From the NCBI GenBank assembly GCA_035221665.1, contig CM069131.1, forward strand, positions 90,458,001 through 90,522,000: a DNA stretch of 64,000 bases, written 5' to 3'. The position numbers and the translations under genes were made by a program. Below the pieces are notes generated by a model that saw only the letters and a list, made by a program, of their open reading frames with translations, did no database searches and was not told where the DNA came from. The stretch comes from Okamejei kenojei (lineage: Eukaryota). Below, in pieces: positions 62,240-64,000 of this stretch; the stretch's first letter is position 1, and every line of letters starts with the position of its first letter.

Positions 62240-64000
62240 CTAGACCAAGTAGAGACCCGTTGGGTCTGCTCCCCCAACGTGCGTTTGCGGGGGTGGGGCA
62301 TGCGGCGTCACACACACTAACTACCCCCTTGATATTATATTAATATTAATTAGATCCTTTTACCCCATAACCGCCCTAGCCACTGACGCATAGCCCCCAA
62401 CTCGCAGGCGTGTCTAGAGAGGGAGAGGGGGGTAGAGAATGAGGGCAGAGAGAGAATGGGGAGAGACAGTGAGAGAGGCAGAGACAGAAGGGAAAGAGAC
62501 AGGTGGAGAGGGGGGGGTTGGAGGAGAGGAGGAGGAGAGGGAGAGAGAAAATGGGAGGAGAGGGGGGAGAGGGAAGCTGAGAGGGGGGAATGGAAGGGGG
62601 GGAAGGGAAGGGGGAGAGGTGGGGGAGAGGTGAGGGGGAGAGGTGGGGGGAAGGGAGGGGGAGAGGTGGAGGGAAGTGAGGGGGAGAGGTGGGGGTAAGG
62701 AGGGGGGATGGGTGGATGGGTGGAGGGTAGGGTGTGGAGGGAAGGGAGGGGAAGGGGGTTTAGGGGGGAGCGCAGGGGAGAGGAAGGGGGAGAGAGAGAG
62801 GGGGGGAGGAGAGAGAGGGGGGGGGGAGAGAGGAGGGGGGAGAGAGAGAGAGAGAGACAGGGGGAAGGGAGAGAGAGGGATGGGGAGGGAGAAAGAGAGG
62901 GGAGAGGGGGGAGGGAGCGGGAGAGAGAGGGGGGAGGGAGAGAGAGTGATGGGGAGGGAGAGTGGGGGAGAGAGAGAGGGGGGAGAGAGAGAGGGAGGAG
63001 GAGTGAGAGAGAGTGGGGAGAGAGAGAGGGGGGGTAGAGAGTGAGAGCAGAGAGAATGAGGGAGACAAAGTGAAAGGGGCAGAGACAGAAGGGCAAGAGA
63101 CAGAGGGAGAGGGGTTGGAGGGAAGGAGGAGAGGGAGGGTGGATGAGGGAGAGTGGGTGAGGAGGGGTGAGAGAGATGGGTGGAGAGAGAGAGGGGAGAG
63201 AGAGGGGGGCTGAGAGGGGGGAAGGGAAGGGGGAGGGTGGAGCAGATGGGGTAGGGAGAGACGGTGAGAGGGGCAGGGGGAAGAGTGGGGAGGGAGAGAG
63301 AGGGGGAAGAGTGGGGAGGGAGATAGGGGGAGAGAGGTGGGGGCAGTCCATCTATTCCCCACACCCTATCACCCCCACTCCTCTCCCTCTATTCCCACAC
63401 TCTCCCTCCTCACCTCCCCCATTCCCCCTTCTCCCTCCCTACTGCCTACTCCATCCTCTCCCTCAATCCCCCTCTTCACCTCCCCATGATCGGGCCTTAC
63501 CCCGCCCGTAGACTTATCTCTCCTCCCGATCTGCAGAGCATGCCAGCGTGAGAGTGGAGCTGTAGGCTTCTGACCAAAGATCCTGCTTGTGACCACGCTC
63601 CTCTACAATCTTTGCTTGTGACTCTCTGGCGCGCGCAGGGGATGGGAGGGGCGCGCAGGCGGGCGGAGCTTCGCGAGCTGCGCCAGCTTCGCGGAACTGG
63701 CGCCTTATCTCTCCACCCGATCGGCAGAGCATTTTGAGAACGGGGGGGGGGGGGGGGGTTTGAGAGGGCGCGCGCGTGGGCGATTCCAGCCAAAGGAATC
63801 TTTGATTCCAGCTGCGGGAGGCACAAGCGTAGTAGGAGGGAGGGAGGGAGGGGGAGCCGGGCTGGCAAATGAAGAGAGAGACACGGCTTGGGATTGGTCG
63901 GCATGTGGGATTGTGACGTAAGCAGCTCGTGAGGTGCCATTTCGATTTTAAAATGAGGGAGTGTGTTGGGGGGGGGACGATTTTATTTAAAAATGTGTAC
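62240..64000 (-). mobile_element. Non-autonomous Helitron (same family as 605-962), extending past the window
   Basis: A|CTAGACCAAGT-AGACCC-GTT-GGGTCT terminus; shared gtcacacacactaac and gcccccaactcgcaggc blocks; GA-rich interior 62420-63345. Confidence 0.7.

Noticed and set aside
60519-63511. Long 300-400 aa Pro/Ser/Leu- or Gly/Glu/Arg-rich ORFs
   Set aside because: Artefacts of GA/CT low-complexity repeats lacking stop codons; they overlap in several frames and some cross the N gap.

Overview
Repeat-rich vertebrate genomic DNA. The CR1/Penelope/V-SINE repertoire suggests a cartilaginous fish such as a skate or ray (inference). Two convergent spliced genes are present, and the ORF track mostly misses them. 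(1) A complete sodium-phosphate cotransporter slc34a2 (NaPi-IIb) on the + strand: TATA/CCAAT promoter near 12.6 kb, a non-coding exon 1, and 12 coding exons from 13086 to 28938 (1992 nt, 663 aa), with one GC-AG intron. (2) The 3' part of sel1l3 on the - strand: 8 exons from 58985 to 48132. The convergent pair matches human SLC34A2-SEL1L3 synteny. The rest is transposon-derived: many CR1 LINEs, Penelope elements whose terminal repeats carry minimal hammerhead ribozyme motifs, an RT-less DIRS1-type tyrosine-recombinase retroelement with intact ITR/ICR, a non-autonomous DNA transposon family with 7-bp TSDs (3 copies), Helitrons (one just after the slc34a2 stop), a rearranged Gypsy element, a solo LTR, an L2, Rex1-like fragments and SINEs. 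There is an assembly gap at 60599-60819. I see no firm evidence of an entirely new system; the best candidates for novelty are unusual mobile-element architectures.
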